This document shows, one piece after another, positions 1 to 7,223 of a stretch of DNA of 64,000 nucleotides; the stretch's first letter is position 1, and each line of letters opens with the position of its first letter. The position numbers and the translations under genes are program-made. The notes beneath the pieces were generated by a model, which had not been told where the DNA came from, did not search any database, and worked only from the letters and a program-made list of their open reading frames with translations. Source of the DNA: Spirochaetae bacterium HGW-Spirochaetae-4 (GTDB lineage: Bacteria; Spirochaetota; Spirochaetia; Sphaerochaetales; Sphaerochaetaceae); the NCBI GenBank assembly GCA_002839335.1, contig PGXU01000005.1:28215-92214 (forward strand), in the 5' to 3' direction.

Positions 1-1165
1 AAATCTTCTCAACATCATCGACATACAGTTTCTTGAAATTCCCCAAATGTGTCCTTTCACCGAACAAGGCCTTCTCGGCCATGAACCGCAGCTTGTCTTT
101 ACCGATTTTAGCTTCGGTCAGACTTGTGGGCATACCAATCCGTCTATAGAAATTCTGGAGACGATTGATCGCTTCCTCCACAATACTATCCTTGTCCTCC
201 AACGGGAAACTGACATCCCAAACCCGAATTGCATATTGCACAAAACGATCGATATTGTCTTTGTACACATACTTCATCCACGCTGGGAACAAGATCGCCA
301 AGCCTGCGCCATGGGCGATATCATACAGGGCACTCAGTTCATGCTCGATATCGTGTGTTGCCCAATCTCCAAGTCTTCCCCTATCAAGAAGGTTGTTGTG
401 TGCAATAGTTCCTGTCCACATAAGTTCAGCCCTATACACATACTCGGACGGGTTCTTCAGGGCCAACGGAGCGTTGGCAATGATATTGCGCATGCAGCTT
501 TCAAGCAGACGATCGGACAAATCGTTGCCACCGACCATAGTGAAATATCTTTCCTGCAAGTGGGCAAGAATATCGGTTGCACCGCAAGCTGTTTGATAAT
601 TGGGCAATGAATAGTTGGTCTCAGGGTCCATAACAGCGAATTTCGGGATAACGGTTTCAGAATTGATCGCTCTCTTCAACCCTTCTTTTTCATCGGTTAT
701 CACCGAAGCAGTCGAGCTTTCAGATCCTGCGGCAGGAATGGTCAACACAACACCAACCGGCAGCGCATCCTGGATTTCATATTGCGCTCTCATGAAATAA
801 TCATTCCAAACATCTTCATTGCCCTGCAATTTCGTACCAAATGCGATGGCTTTGGCAGAATCGATTACACTGCCGCCCCCGACCGCAAGAACCAAGTCGA
901 TCTTTTCCTTCTTACATAGGGCAATACCTTGACGCACCAGGGACAGATGCGGATTTGGGACAACGCCGCCCAGGTATATTACTTCCAACCCGGCTTCCTT
1001 CAGAGAGTTTGTGACCGCATCGTATACCCCGTTCGCTTTTATGGAACCTCCACCAAAATGGAAAAGAACCCTTTTCCCCCATTTGGCCGATTCCTGGCCG
1101 ACATCTGCTATCGATTCTTTACCAAAGATAATCCTTGTTGGATTCCAATAGGAAAAATTTAACAT
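1..1165 (-). CDS. Iron-containing (group III) alcohol dehydrogenase; 3' end cut by the window edge
   Basis: Absent from the ORF track because it runs off the window. My translation from ATG 1165..1163 (RBS taaggagg upstream) reads MLNFSYWNPTRIIFGKESIADVG...DLVLAVGGGSVIDSAKAIA...THDIEHELSALYDIAHGAGLAILFPAWM. These are the GGGS and His-rich metal motifs of Fe-ADHs (YqhD/BdhA/PduQ-like). It directly follows deoC in the BMC operon. Confidence 0.85.
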   Translation of the reverse strand, partial: MLNFSYWNPTRIIFGKESIADVGQESAKWGKRVLFHFGGGSIKANGVYDAVTNSLKEAGLEVIYLGGVVPNPHLSLVRQGIALCKKEKIDLVLAVGGGSVIDSAKAIAFGTKLQGNEDVWNDYFMRAQYEIQDALPVGVVLTIPAAGSESSTASVITDEKEGLKRAINSETVIPKFAVMDPETNYSLPNYQTACGATDILAHLQERYFTMVGGNDLSDRLLESCMRNIIANAPLALKNPSEYVYRAELMWTGTIAHNNLLDRGRLGDWATHDIEHELSALYDIAHGAGLAILFPAWMKYVYKDNIDRFVQYAIRVWDVSFPLEDKDSIVEEAINRLQNFYRRIGMPTSLTEAKIGKDKLRFMAEKALFGERTHLGNFKKLYVDDVEKI

Positions 1166-1211
1166 TGATAGTCCTCCTTACATGATTATCAGCCTTCTAA
1201 ACCAAAAGGGA

Positions 1212-2015
1212 TCAATACCCTCCAGAACCTTTCATGCCACTCACCACGGCAACGCCTGATCCCGTTCCGATACGGGTTGCACCAGCTTCCAACATGGCCA
1301 ACGCTGTGGCAAAGTCCCTGATACCCCCACTAGCCTTTACTTCAATTTTTTCGCCAACAGTCTGTTTCATCAACAGTACATCGGCAACTGTCGCTCCGCC
1401 GCCCCCGAAACCGGTACTTGTCTTAACGAAATCGGCACCTGCACGTTTGGAGATTTGGCACGCAATTATCTTTTCCTCATCGGTAAGCATCGAGGTCTCG
1501 AGAATCACCTTGAGTATGGTGGAACTACGAGTCGCCCTCCTGACCGATAGGATATCCTCTTCAACATACTTGTAGTCTCCGGCCCTCAATTTCCCCACAG
1601 CGAGCACCATATCGATTTCCGAAGCTCCATGCTCGATAGCCTCTCGTGTTTCGAAGGCTTTGCTCCTGCTTGTCATTGCCCCAAGCGGAAAGCCAACGAC
1701 AGAGCAAACGAGAACTTTGGTTCCTTGTAGTTTCTTTGCCACATACGACACCCAAGAAGAATTGACACACACCGATTTGAATTGGTATTCGATCGCTTCC
1801 TTGCAGAGTTTATCAAACTCCTCCGCCCTGGATTCAGGCTTCAATAATGTATGGTCTATATATTTTGCCATGTCCCGTGGAGTCGTTATATTGATTTTTG
1901 CAGCGGCGATTTTCATTGCGTCTTCTTTCGCTGTAGCCCCGAGTCCTTCTTTGGAACTTTCAATTTTCTTTAAAACTTCTTTTGTGATTAATTCAACCAG
2001 TGAATTTTGATCCAT
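1212..2015 (-). CDS. deoC: Deoxyribose-phosphate aldolase (DeoC/DERA family, class I) with a ~45-aa N-terminal extension
   Basis: ORF 1212..2018. The likely ATG at 2015 overlaps the rpiB stop (TGATG), with RBS gaggggga upstream. The core has DERA hallmarks: YIDHTLLKPE, SVCVNS, ADFVKTSTGF (Schiff-base Lys) and KASGGIR. The extension MDQNSLVELITKEVLKKIESSKEGLG... is absent from ordinary ~220-aa DERAs. Confidence 0.9.
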   Translation of the reverse strand: MDQNSLVELITKEVLKKIESSKEGLGATAKEDAMKIAAAKINITTPRDMAKYIDHTLLKPESRAEEFDKLCKEAIEYQFKSVCVNSSWVSYVAKKLQGTKVLVCSVVGFPLGAMTSRSKAFETREAIEHGASEIDMVLAVGKLRAGDYKYVEEDILSVRRATRSSTILKVILETSMLTDEEKIIACQISKRAGADFVKTSTGFGGGGATVADVLLMKQTVGEKIEVKASGGIRDFATALAMLEAGATRIGTGSGVAVVSGMKGSGGY

Positions 2016-2470
2016 CAATTCAATCCCCCTCTCTCTATGGACATCATCTTATTGATTCTTACTATATGCCGTCCACCTTCGAACGGAGTTTCTAGCCAAG
2101 TTCTTACCATTAAGCTCAATTCGTCGGCTTTATGCAATGGACCTCCCAATGTAAGCACATTCGCATTGTTATGCATCCTGCTGTTTACAACCGTTTTCAA
2201 ATCATAACACAATGCCGCACGTATACCCCTAACCTTATTGCAAACCATTGACGAACCGATTCCCGCCCCGTCCAACATAATTCCCCTATCACATGATTCG
2301 GTGACAACTTTCCTACATACTGCATATGCGATATCCGGATAATCAACTTTTTCGTTCATGTCGCAACCAACATCAACCACGTTGTACCCGAGATTCTCCA
2401 GGAACGTCTTCAGAAAGACCTTTTGCTGATATGCCCCATGATCACAACCCAAAGCAACGTTTTTAACCAT
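2015..2470 (-). CDS. rpiB: RpiB/LacA/LacB-family sugar-phosphate isomerase
   Basis: ORF 2015..2476; ATG at 2470 gives MVKNVALGCDHGAY... The protein is typical RpiB: GCDHxG, MLDGAGIGSSMVCNKVRGIRAAL, NVLTLGG. Start choice (2470 vs 2476 GTG) is uncertain. Confidence 0.85.
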   Translation of the reverse strand: MVKNVALGCDHGAYQQKVFLKTFLENLGYNVVDVGCDMNEKVDYPDIAYAVCRKVVTESCDRGIMLDGAGIGSSMVCNKVRGIRAALCYDLKTVVNSRMHNNANVLTLGGPLHKADELSLMVRTWLETPFEGGRHIVRINKMMSIERGGLN

Positions 2471-2482
2471 ATCCACTATTTC

Positions 2483-2755
2483 CTAATCCTTCGATACCGA
2501 ATCTACAATCCCACCAATTATTGTCCTGATTGTCAAGAGATCCTTATCACCGAGAATATCCCTTGCCGAACCGCCTTCATCAAAAACCAAAACCAAGTCT
2601 CCAATACCCGACTGCACCCCATCGAGAGCAAGGAAAGATTTCCCCGATGGTGTCGCGTTTGGATCTACCGGTTGAACTATGAGAATCTTCTTCCCTTTGT
2701 AATGTTCGTGTTTTATGGTACAGGTCACCGAACCAAGGACTTTAGCAAGAATCAT
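2483..2755 (-). CDS. BMC vertex pentamer protein (BMC-P, EutN/CcmL family), paralog 1
   Basis: MILAKVLGSVTCTIKHEHYKGKKILIVQPVDP...ALDGVQSGIGDLVLV...GGIVDSV is the EutN/CcmL pattern. ATG at 2755 has RBS gggagag and sits 1 nt after the stop of the upstream gene; the longer ORF-track start (2779) would overlap that gene. Confidence 0.85.
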   Translation of the reverse strand: MILAKVLGSVTCTIKHEHYKGKKILIVQPVDPNATPSGKSFLALDGVQSGIGDLVLVFDEGGSARDILGDKDLLTIRTIIGGIVDSVSKD

Positions 2756-2756
2756 A

Positions 2757-3026
2757 CTACTCTCCCGTTGATATCCCATCTACAATACCGATGATAGTGG
2801 CGTCACAGGGATTGAACCAATTGTCCAAAGCTTGAGCCGCCTCTTTGCCACCTTCGAACATCACTGTATCGCCTTCTCCGGCTTGTACGGTGTCCATAGC
2901 GGCAATCGGCTTTCCCACCGGTTGTCCGTTCTCATCAATCGGCTGAAGCAACAACAACTTCTTCCTATCGAAACATTCCAATTTCTTCGTACTGACTACC
3001 GTTCCGATTACCCGACCTAATTTCAC
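2757..3026 (-). CDS. BMC vertex pentamer protein (BMC-P), paralog 2
   Basis: MKLGRVIGTVVSTKKLECFDRKKLLLLQPIDENG...AMDTVQAGEGDTVMF...IGIVDGI is EutN/CcmL-like. GTG start with RBS agaggag 7 nt upstream. Confidence 0.85.
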   Translation of the reverse strand: MKLGRVIGTVVSTKKLECFDRKKLLLLQPIDENGQPVGKPIAAMDTVQAGEGDTVMFEGGKEAAQALDNWFNPCDATIIGIVDGISTGE

Positions 3027-3045
3027 TCAATGACTCCTCTTACAT

Positions 3046-4476
3046 CTAGATGATCCTAAAATAATCAACCAAAGTGCATCGTCTCTCCCTAGTGAAGGTA
3101 CGAGCTCTTGTAAGCCCTTCTCCTGTGGGACTGGCAATTGTGAACGAAGTATACCCCGCACCACCATTTCCCAAACCCGCATAACAAGGACCATTCTTGA
3201 CAAATAGCGAACAATTCATCTGTCTAGCCATCTTGCTCAGCTTTTCCACATTCAACGAATGCATGATCGCGGTGTGCCTGAACCCATGTTCACATTGGAC
3301 TGCCAAGTCTATGCATTGGTCAACATTTTCCATTCTCACAATCGGCAAGAAGGGCATCAATTGTTCAGTCCATACCAATGGGTTTCCCGCATCGACATCA
3401 CAAATGAGCAACCTGGTACTTTCAGGAACCGTAACACCAATCAAGGAAGCGAGAAAACTTGGTGATTTCCCCACGTATTCCCTCTTTACCACACCCTCGC
3501 TATTCATCATTCCGGGTACTTCAATTATTTGGTCCAACAACGATTTAGCCTGCTGGTCGGATAGCAAGTAGGCACCGACCTTCTGCATCTCTCCAATCAA
3601 CTCGTTCGCAACACTCTTGACAACGAGTACTTCCTTTTCACAGATACAAACCAAATTGTTGTCGAAACTAGCACCATCAACTATATCTTTCGCAGCTTTT
3701 TGTATCTTTGCGGTTTCATCAACCACGCAAGGAGGATTACCCGGCCCTGCGGCTATCACCTTTTTTCCGCTATTCATTGCAGCCTTGACTACTCCAGGCC
3801 CCCCAGTAACAACCAAGAGGGAAATCTTTTGATGCCCCATCATCTCATTTGCGGATTCAATTGTTGGCTGGGCCAGTGAAACCAAAAGATTCCTTGGTCC
3901 TCCAACTCGCTCGATAGCCGCATTGAGTACCTCAATCGCAAAGCAGGAAACATTTTTCGCTCCCGGGTGAGGATTGAACACAACCGAATTGCCACCACTT
4001 ATCATGCTGATACCGTTATTGATAATAGTGGCAGTAGGGTTTGTTACGGGAGTAATAGATCCGATGACACCATAAGGGGCTCTTTCCACGAGGGAAAGTC
4101 CGTGTTCATCGGAGTAAGCCGAAGTCTCGACATCCTCGACCCCGGGGGTCTTTTTCGCTGCCAGTATGTTCTTCGCGATTTTATCGGCAACATTTCCTCG
4201 ACCACTTTCCTGAACAGCCATCTCGGCAAATTCTTGGGCATGATCCATGGCGGTTTCCCGCATGGCTTGGACTATCTCTTTCCTCTTTTCAAGCGGAAGC
4301 CCAACAAGGTGCCGTTGAGCTTCATAGGCAGCCTTTACGGCCAGATCCATAGTTGGAAATATACCGCTCGCATATTGGGATGGTGCGATATGATCCACTC
4401 CTACAGAGGAAGCGCTATACTCCAATACCAGTTTCTCAACCAATGTACGAACTGTATCTTCAATACTTTGACTCAC
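3046..4476 (-). CDS. CoA-acylating aldehyde dehydrogenase (EutE/PduP family)
   Basis: The 476-aa protein has SITPVTNPTAT, VVFNPHPGAK, GGPGVV, NPPCVVDETA and catalytic-Cys context NNLVCICEKE, typical of BMC-associated acylating AldDH. The amphipathic N-terminus is SIEDTVRTLVEKLVLEY. GTG start with RBS aaggaga. Confidence 0.9.
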   Translation of the reverse strand: MSQSIEDTVRTLVEKLVLEYSASSVGVDHIAPSQYASGIFPTMDLAVKAAYEAQRHLVGLPLEKRKEIVQAMRETAMDHAQEFAEMAVQESGRGNVADKIAKNILAAKKTPGVEDVETSAYSDEHGLSLVERAPYGVIGSITPVTNPTATIINNGISMISGGNSVVFNPHPGAKNVSCFAIEVLNAAIERVGGPRNLLVSLAQPTIESANEMMGHQKISLLVVTGGPGVVKAAMNSGKKVIAAGPGNPPCVVDETAKIQKAAKDIVDGASFDNNLVCICEKEVLVVKSVANELIGEMQKVGAYLLSDQQAKSLLDQIIEVPGMMNSEGVVKREYVGKSPSFLASLIGVTVPESTRLLICDVDAGNPLVWTEQLMPFLPIVRMENVDQCIDLAVQCEHGFRHTAIMHSLNVEKLSKMARQMNCSLFVKNGPCYAGLGNGGAGYTSFTIASPTGEGLTRARTFTRERRCTLVDYFRII

Positions 4477-4501
4477 AAGTACATCTCCTTGGTTCTATGG
4501 T

Positions 4502-4789
4502 TCACCCGAGGTACAATGTCTTATTCCCCGAGTACACTCTATCGACAATCCCAACTATCAGCGTATCAACCGGCAAGTTCTCCGTCTCGAATGTCCACCT
4601 GCATGAACTGCCTTGGCAAACGAGTACCATGTCTCCTGGTCGGGAATCGATAATATCCAGAGCCACCAGATAGCTTCCGCTACCCTTGGCTTCCGAATCA
4701 CAAATCTCGACTAGCATAAATCTCGAAGAGATATAGCTTTCGTCACGAGTATTGCTAACAACCGAACCGCATACCCTAGCAAAATTCAT
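4502..4789 (-). CDS. BMC vertex pentamer protein (BMC-P), paralog 3 (most divergent)
   Basis: MNFARVCGSVVSNTRDESYISSRFMLVEICD...ALDIIDSRPGDMVLV...VGIVDRV is EutN/CcmL-like. Confidence 0.8.
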   Translation of the reverse strand: MNFARVCGSVVSNTRDESYISSRFMLVEICDSEAKGSGSYLVALDIIDSRPGDMVLVCQGSSCRWTFETENLPVDTLIVGIVDRVYSGNKTLYLG

Positions 4790-4792
4790 AGA

Positions 4793-5101
4793 CTAATCCT
4801 CAAGATTTTGATCCTTCCGATAGATCATGTTCCCATACAAGTCAATATTGTCGACAATAGCTGCGATAGTTGCATCGGAAGGCTTCCCCTTGGAAACAGA
4901 AGTCAGCCGTGCACTGGAACCTGTGACATAAAATACAATTTCACCAATATTGGCTCCAACAGAGTCCAGCGCAACCACAAAATCATTGACTCCAGCAAGG
5001 CTCGGAATAGATATTTTTTCCACTAGGAGCAACTTGAGTGATTCAAGCTGTTCAGCTTTTGCGGTAGACACCACCGTTCCAACAACTCTCCCCAACACCA
5101 T
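4793..5101 (-). CDS. BMC vertex pentamer protein (BMC-P), paralog 4
   Basis: The internal ATG at 5101 (RBS ggaggaa 9 nt upstream) gives MVLGRVVGTVVSTAKAEQLESLKLLLVEKIS...ALDSVGANIGEIVFY...AAIVDNI. The upstream extension to 5152 has no RBS support. Confidence 0.85.
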   Translation of the reverse strand: MVLGRVVGTVVSTAKAEQLESLKLLLVEKISIPSLAGVNDFVVALDSVGANIGEIVFYVTGSSARLTSVSKGKPSDATIAAIVDNIDLYGNMIYRKDQNLED

Positions 5102-5175
5102 TGTAGTATTCCTCCAGATTGAGACACATGCGTCCCGAAGGACGCATTTCATCTGACATCATAGACGCAAATCCA

Positions 5176-5478
5176 TTACTTCTTCTTCTCGGGCCGACCC
5201 AATGGCAATACCTCATCGACCATCGTATGTGGTCGTGGAATTATGTGCGAGGACACTATTTCACCAACCTTCTGGGCGGCTACAGTTCCCGCCTCTATCG
5301 CAGCCCTGACAGCGGCGACATCACCTCGGACAATAGCGGTCACATAACCGCCTCCAATCTGTTGATATCCAACCAGCTGAACTTTCGCAGCCTTGCTCAT
5401 AGCATCCGATGCTTCGACCATCGCAGCGAAGCCCCTTGTCTCGATCATACCCAGTGCGCTATCAAAAATTTCCGCCAT
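5176..5478 (-). CDS. BMC shell hexamer protein (BMC-H, PduA/EutM/CcmK-like)
   Basis: [64 protein letters not shown]...IIPRPH is the canonical PF00936-type sequence. RBS aaggagaa. Confidence 0.93.
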   Translation of the reverse strand: MAEIFDSALGMIETRGFAAMVEASDAMSKAAKVQLVGYQQIGGGYVTAIVRGDVAAVRAAIEAGTVAAQKVGEIVSSHIIPRPHTMVDEVLPLGRPEKKK

Positions 5479-5507
5479 ACCATGTTCTCCTTTTAAGTTA
5501 TTCCTTG

Positions 5508-6146
5508 TTATTCTTTGCTCTTATCACTCAAAACCCTACCAGACAACGAGGCAATCCTACTCTCAACAATCTCTTTGCTGATAAGAACCTCTGCTTCATT
5601 CCCCGAGATATAGACCCTGCCGTAACTTCCATAACCAACCACCTCGACAATATTGATATGGGAGGCCTTTTCTGCTTCATTAGCGGCATAGAACGCATAT
5701 GCAGCGGGCTGCAACTCAAGGACATACAGGGTATCTCCCCGAAGTACCATATTTCCGTGTCGAACTTTATTGATCAACTGGCAATGGTGATCACTCATAT
5801 TCTTGATTAGTTGACTGGTCAGGATTTGTGGCTTTATTCGATCTTCCTCTTTCAAGCCCAAGGCTTTAAGTACCGCTTCACCTGCCTGCCTGACATCTGC
5901 CTGGCTATCGGAATGAACTTCCAACAACCCGAACAATCGTTCTACAATTTGAATCCCTGGCTTGACATCAGTCGCTTTGAGAGCAATGTCGGTTACTCGG
6001 TTTATCTCGATTCCCGGTGATATTTCCAAGATGGCGCATGCTTGCTCCGCTACAGGGAAATATCCTTTTGAGATTGTTGAAATAAACGACGCCATTTGCG
6101 ATTGAAGCGAATCCAGAAAAACATAAGTTCTAAGATCTACCCCCAT
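5508..6146 (-). CDS. Tandem-BMC-domain shell protein (BMC-T), CcmP/CsoS1D-like
   Basis: ATG at 6146 (RBS aagggg) gives [21 protein letters not shown]...[20 protein letters not shown]...[23 protein letters not shown]...[10 protein letters not shown]. This closely resembles my recollection of cyanobacterial CcmP ([43 protein letters not shown]). It is the first gene of the operon. Confidence 0.8.
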   Translation of the reverse strand: MGVDLRTYVFLDSLQSQMASFISTISKGYFPVAEQACAILEISPGIEINRVTDIALKATDVKPGIQIVERLFGLLEVHSDSQADVRQAGEAVLKALGLKEEDRIKPQILTSQLIKNMSDHHCQLINKVRHGNMVLRGDTLYVLELQPAAYAFYAANEAEKASHINIVEVVGYGSYGRVYISGNEAEVLISKEIVESRIASLSGRVLSDKSKE

Positions 6147-6216
6147 ACTTTTACCCCTTTTCAATTTTTAACTTCAAAAGTTACCTGTTCCATTCGATTG
6201 CACTAGATGTACCACC

Positions 6217-6246
6217 ATTATACCATCCAAAAAACACCAAAGTCAA
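6217..6246 (-). promoter_or_regulatory. Sigma70-type promoter of the BMC operon
   Basis: The minus strand reads TTGACT-N18-(tgg)TATAAT, a 5/6 -35 plus a perfect -10 with extended TGn. It lies ~70 nt upstream of the BMC-T start. Confidence 0.65.
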
Positions 6247-6321
6247 TTTTTATTGTAACATATATAACATTTTTCACATTTTTTGATAATTAACAAACAT
6301 TATCATGAAAAAAATATCATT

Positions 6322-7077
6322 CTAGTCCATATAGTATCCACCATTTATATTGACAACCTCTCCATTTATGAAGGAAGCATCATCCGAGGATAAGAACATC
6401 ATGAGATTGGACATGTCCTTCACAGTTCCAAGTCGCTTCACTGGAATCTTCTCTGCCATCGCATCTTTCTTCGCATCGTCCCAGTAGTACATCATCTTTG
6501 TCATGACTGCATGTGGTGCGATCGCGTTGCAGGTAATCCCGAACGGACCCAATTGCCGTGCAACCGATCTGGTTATGGTAATTACCGCTCCTTTCGAAGC
6601 GCCGTAAACGAACGTAGTCGAGTTATCCCCATTTTTTCCAGTGATCGAGGAAACATTTACAATACGTCCATATGATTGACGCTTCATGATTGGAGTTACT
6701 TCACGAATTGCGTATAGAATCCCCTTGATATTGATATCGATCGTCTTGTCGATCAAATCGTTGGTCGTTTCCTCTATTGTTGCATTCCGCAACAAGCCGG
6801 CATTGTTCACCAGGATATCCAATCGACCATACTTTCCAATGGTTTTTCCGATTGCATCGGCAACCTGGACATCGTCTGAAATGTCGCACTCGATAATCAA
6901 ATAATCGGAATTCTGCTCTTCCAGAAGAGTTCTCGTTTCCTCCAAACCTTGAACATCGATATCCACAACAACAACCCGAGCACCTTCCCTTGCCATATCG
7001 ACCGCCAGTTGCTGTCCCATTCCTTGCCCGCCGCCAGTAATAAAGGCAACCTTATCAACAAACCTATCAGGTCGCAT
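6322..7077 (-). CDS. Short-chain dehydrogenase/reductase (SDR, FabG-like)
   Basis: Contains TGGGQGMGQ (TGxxxGxG), NNAG and YGASKGA (YxxxK); 251 aa. Confidence 0.85.
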   Translation of the reverse strand: MRPDRFVDKVAFITGGGQGMGQQLAVDMAREGARVVVVDIDVQGLEETRTLLEEQNSDYLIIECDISDDVQVADAIGKTIGKYGRLDILVNNAGLLRNATIEETTNDLIDKTIDINIKGILYAIREVTPIMKRQSYGRIVNVSSITGKNGDNSTTFVYGASKGAVITITRSVARQLGPFGITCNAIAPHAVMTKMMYYWDDAKKDAMAEKIPVKRLGTVKDMSNLMMFLSSDDASFINGEVVNINGGYYMD

Positions 7078-7124
7078 ACGTTCCTCCTAAGTAAACAACA
7101 GTGTTATCCGACACTACCTACCTA

Positions 7125-7152
7125 ATTATAGTTAATTTTGTAACAATGTCAA
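7125..7152 (-). promoter_or_regulatory. Consensus sigma70 promoter upstream of the SDR gene
   Basis: The minus strand reads TTGACA-N16-TATAAT (both hexamers perfect), ~45 nt upstream of the ATG at 7077 (RBS aggagg). The spacer contains TGTTACAA, a deo-operator-like half-site. Confidence 0.7.
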
Positions 7153-7223
7153 TACCATTTTGTTAATTATATTTCATTTTAGCTAAACAGCAATAAAAAT
7201 TACCATTTTTTGTTAATATTTTG

